Source: Sminthopsis crassicaudata
Lineage: Eukaryota
Reading direction: 5' to 3'
Length of the DNA: 64,000 nt
NCBI RefSeq assembly: GCF_048593235.1
Contig: NC_133618.1
Location: 453,076,947-453,140,946, forward strand
The stretch's first letter is position 1; each line of letters starts with the position of its first letter. The notes beneath the pieces were generated by a model that was not told the DNA's origin, did not search any database, and saw only the letters and a program-made list of their open reading frames with translations. The position numbers were made by a program, and so were the translations under genes. Positions 60,581 to 64,000 of the stretch are shown one piece after another.

Positions 60581-63500
60581 TAGAATGTCTGAACTTAAAG
60601 GGCCTTTAGATGTAGTCCCAACCTGTCATTTTATAAAAGATGAAATGGATAGTCTAGAGAAATGAAGTGATTTTGCCCAATATTGGCTATTAGGTGATGC
60701 AGATAGTTGGGCCTGAAGTCAGGAAGACCTGAATTCAAATTTGACCTCAGACACTTCCTAGCTATATGACCTTGGCCAGTTACTTATCCCTGTTTGCCTC
60801 AGTTCCTCATTTGTAAAATAAACTGGAGAAGGAAATGGCAAACTAGTTTAGTACCTTTGCCAAAACTCCAAATGAGGTCACAAGTCAGACATGGATGAAA
60901 AAATGACTCAACAATAATAACACGGTTAAGTATTGGCCCCCTGTTTCCAGACTTTTAAATGGAGGCTCCTTCTGCTATAAGATGCTGTCATGGGAGTAAT
61001 ATAAAGCAAGTACCCATCCTTCAACTTTGGGTTGTCATTTGAATTAAAATTTTGGGTCTTTGGAGGACATGGTGTTCCATTTCAGCCCTATTCTACCACC
61101 AGGAGACTAATGGCCTTAAAGGGATTAGCTTTGACAGCAGGGAGTGGTTTAAGATGGTTGAGTAGGGATTTAGGATAAGGCAGATTGTAATCCAGTCAGG
61201 GACAGCCTCCACCCCCTGATCATATCACCAAAATGTCAATAGTGCAGAATGTTGATTATTTTTCCATTCTTGCTAGATAAATAGCATAATTATCCTTCTC
61301 TCTCCTCTCTTTCTTATTTGTATCCAGTTAATTATAGTATGGTTCTAGTTCCACAGCAGTCAGTTTGATTACTTGAGCATATTGAGGGCAGAAATTGGAT
61401 CTAACCCAATCTTTTAAGACACCCAATGATTAATGAATGGTGTTACCAAACTATTCTGGGAATTGTAGTCTATAAATTAAGAATGCACAGTATTTTAACA
61501 CTCTGAAAATACCTCATGTTCAAGAACTTCAGAGTTCCTTCTATTCCCTTATACATTCTATAGTCCAGGGGGCATCACTTGTTCTTAGGGTGTAACTTTC
61601 TGAATTTGCAAGGTCCGATTCCAGTTCCTGAACAAATTGTAAGAGGAATGTTTTGAAGTGTTAAGTCCAGGGATAGAAATAACACTATATTCTTTTCTAG
61701 GACCTTTCATCTCTTGATGAAGGCACAAACATTAATCAAAGCTGTATTCCACTCCTGGTAAGAAAGAGGATGTTATCTTGATCTGCTGACAGGGAAACTG
61801 AGGCATACTGATGGTAAATGGTTTATTAAAACATTCAGACTAAGAAGTAAAGGATTCTATATCAGTGGGGCCATGGTAGGTTCATTATAGGACCTTTCCA
61901 TGGAACTGTGAAAGAGCTCTATGTGGGAGGGATGAAGAGGGACATTACAGGAATATTATTTATTCTACCAACCCAGAGCACTTACCATATTCAGTGTCCT
62001 ATACTGGCTATTTCAGTGAGACATAGTTGTCTTAAGGCCTAGTTTCCAGCTTTTCCAGAACTTGTAGTTTTTTGGGGGATACGATATATAACAAAACAAA
62101 GCAGAACTTGATAAGTATATAAGAGAGGTTAGATACAGCTGAGAGATCCCAGAGATTCAATTCAACAAACATTTATTTTGTGCAAGGCCTAGCATTTATT
62201 ACTATGGATATGAAATAAAAATTGATATTGCCTCTATTCAGGGAGTTAACATTCTACTGGGGAAAGGGATGGATGGGAGACATATCAAATGTACACTTAT
62301 ACATATAACACAAAGTAGGCAGCAATGGGGACAGAGGTCAGATTAAGATGACTGCTCAAGGAAGGTTTTGAGGAGGATAAGAATTTTCAGCTCAGCTTAA
62401 AAGGTTAGGCTACACAAAGAAGAGCCTTTAATAAATATAAAATTCCAAAAGTATTCTATTAGGAGGAAGACTATTATAAGAGTTTGGCGGTAGGGGGAGG
62501 GTAGGAGTTGTAGGCTAGGTTGGACTAGACCTTGAAGAATTCACAGAGGAAGAAGATGTGATAGTTTTGGAATCCAAATCTGATGGTTCCCTTTGACTTG
62601 GAGAAGTTGGTTGGGAGGTAGAAGGCTTTTAAATGTCATGGTTATAAAGGAACAGAAGTCCGGAGGGTTCAATTAGTTTATTATCAAGCTTTGGCCAACA
62701 TGCTAGGGGTGAACCAGTCTCTTCACACTTTACTAGACTGGTTCTTGGACAGAGGACAAATTTATTCCTGGACCATCGTAATAATAAAAACCATTTATTT
62801 AGCATGTTAAAGTTTTGCCAAGTCATTGATCTACAATGGCTAATTGGCTCCTCCCAACAACCCTTTGAATTAACTATTATTATTATCCCCATTTTATTGA
62901 AGGGGAATTGAGACTCAGATAAATGTAATGATAGACTTTCTCATACTTGTTGCATACAAGTGTCAGTATCAAAGGTAGGATCTTCTAATATCTATATATC
63001 TTATATCTCATTCTTATATCTAGGTTGATAAAACCAAGGCTTTTCTGTGTTTTGAATTAAATTTTATTTTATTTTTAAATAAACAAGCATTTATCTTTTT
63101 TTCTCCCTCTGATCTTCCTCTTAACTTCCCTTCCTTAAGTGGAGGGGAAGAAAGAAAAAACTAAATCCATCCAACAAAAGATATGCACAGTGAAGCAAAA
63201 CCCGATATTGGCCATTTCCAAAACTGTGTCTCATTCTACAGGTTGATTCCATCCTTCTATTTCAGGAGGTGTAGGTAGCAAGCTTTATTACTGATTTTCT
63301 GGAATCATGTTTAATTATTGAATTGATCAGAGTATCTTTCAAAATCTTTCTTTACAATATTGTTATTGTATAAATTTTCTTCTAGTTGTATTCACTTCAT
63401 TTTTGTATCAGTTCATATAATATAGTATTAACATATATATATATATATATATATATAGTGCTACTACGTGCCAGTACTATGTGCTAAATACAAATATTAT

Positions 63501-64000
63501 CTCATTTTATCCTTACAAAAATACTGAGAGAAAGATGTGCTACTGATATCTTTATTTTATAGTTGAGGAAACAGACACGAGAGGTTAAATGACTTGCCTA
63601 TGAAAACTAATGTTACTTGATGTCAGATTTCAGCTCAGGTTTCCTTCATTCTAGGTCCAGCACTCGATCCACTCTACTCCCTAGTTGTCTCCATATTTTT
63701 CCTTAGGGTTCTCTGAAACAGCCCTTTCATAATTACTTGCAGCACAACAGTATTCCATCATATTCATATGCCATATTTTATTACCCAATTAAAGGCGATC
63801 CCTTTAGTTTTGACTTCTTTGACACTATAAAAAGGGCTGCTATAAAAATTTTTGGATGTGTAGGACTTTCTTTTTTGATCTCATCGGGATACAGGCCTAG
63901 TAATAGTAATAATAATAGTAATAGTTTACTGACAAGTTTTTTTGAGAATCAAGAGCCACTTCCATTTCCTATGAGATAGAAGCAGATACATTAGACATTC

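Noticed and set aside
1-64000. CRISPR arrays, operons, intact tRNA or rRNA genes
   Set aside because: Mammalian DNA; the recurrent similar sequences are dispersed SINE and LINE copies, and the tRNA-like A/B boxes belong to SINE heads.
26000-64000. Neighbouring genes expected from recalled human synteny (FAM110A upstream; SCRT2 would lie off the left end)
   Set aside because: No matching ORF or CpG island seen; they probably lie outside the window.

Overview
Eukaryotic (mammalian) genomic DNA, most likely from an Australian dasyurid marsupial, judged from WSINE1-like and MAR1-like SINEs and marsupial-type L1 3' ends. One protein-coding gene is firmly supported: the riboflavin transporter SLC52A3 (RFVT3) on the minus strand, with three coding exons (19241-18187, 16372-16249, 15970-15758; 463 aa), canonical splice sites, a poly(A) signal at 15369-15374 and a CpG island over its 3' end. 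The rest is mostly retroelement debris: L1, L2, L3/CR1, MIR/MAR1/WSINE SINEs, two solo LTRs, a class I ERV remnant with a tRNA-Pro PBS and a decayed 7SL retrocopy, plus two N gaps. I found no convincing new multi-gene system. The best leads concern SLC52A3 itself: (i) no intron at the position of human intron c.567/568, (ii) an apparent swap of extracellular cysteines, (iii) a stop-free last intron and an alternative acceptor that could give C-terminally altered isoforms, and (iv) a promoter-like CpG island just past its poly(A) site. All comparisons to human and to repeat families are from memory and need database checks.
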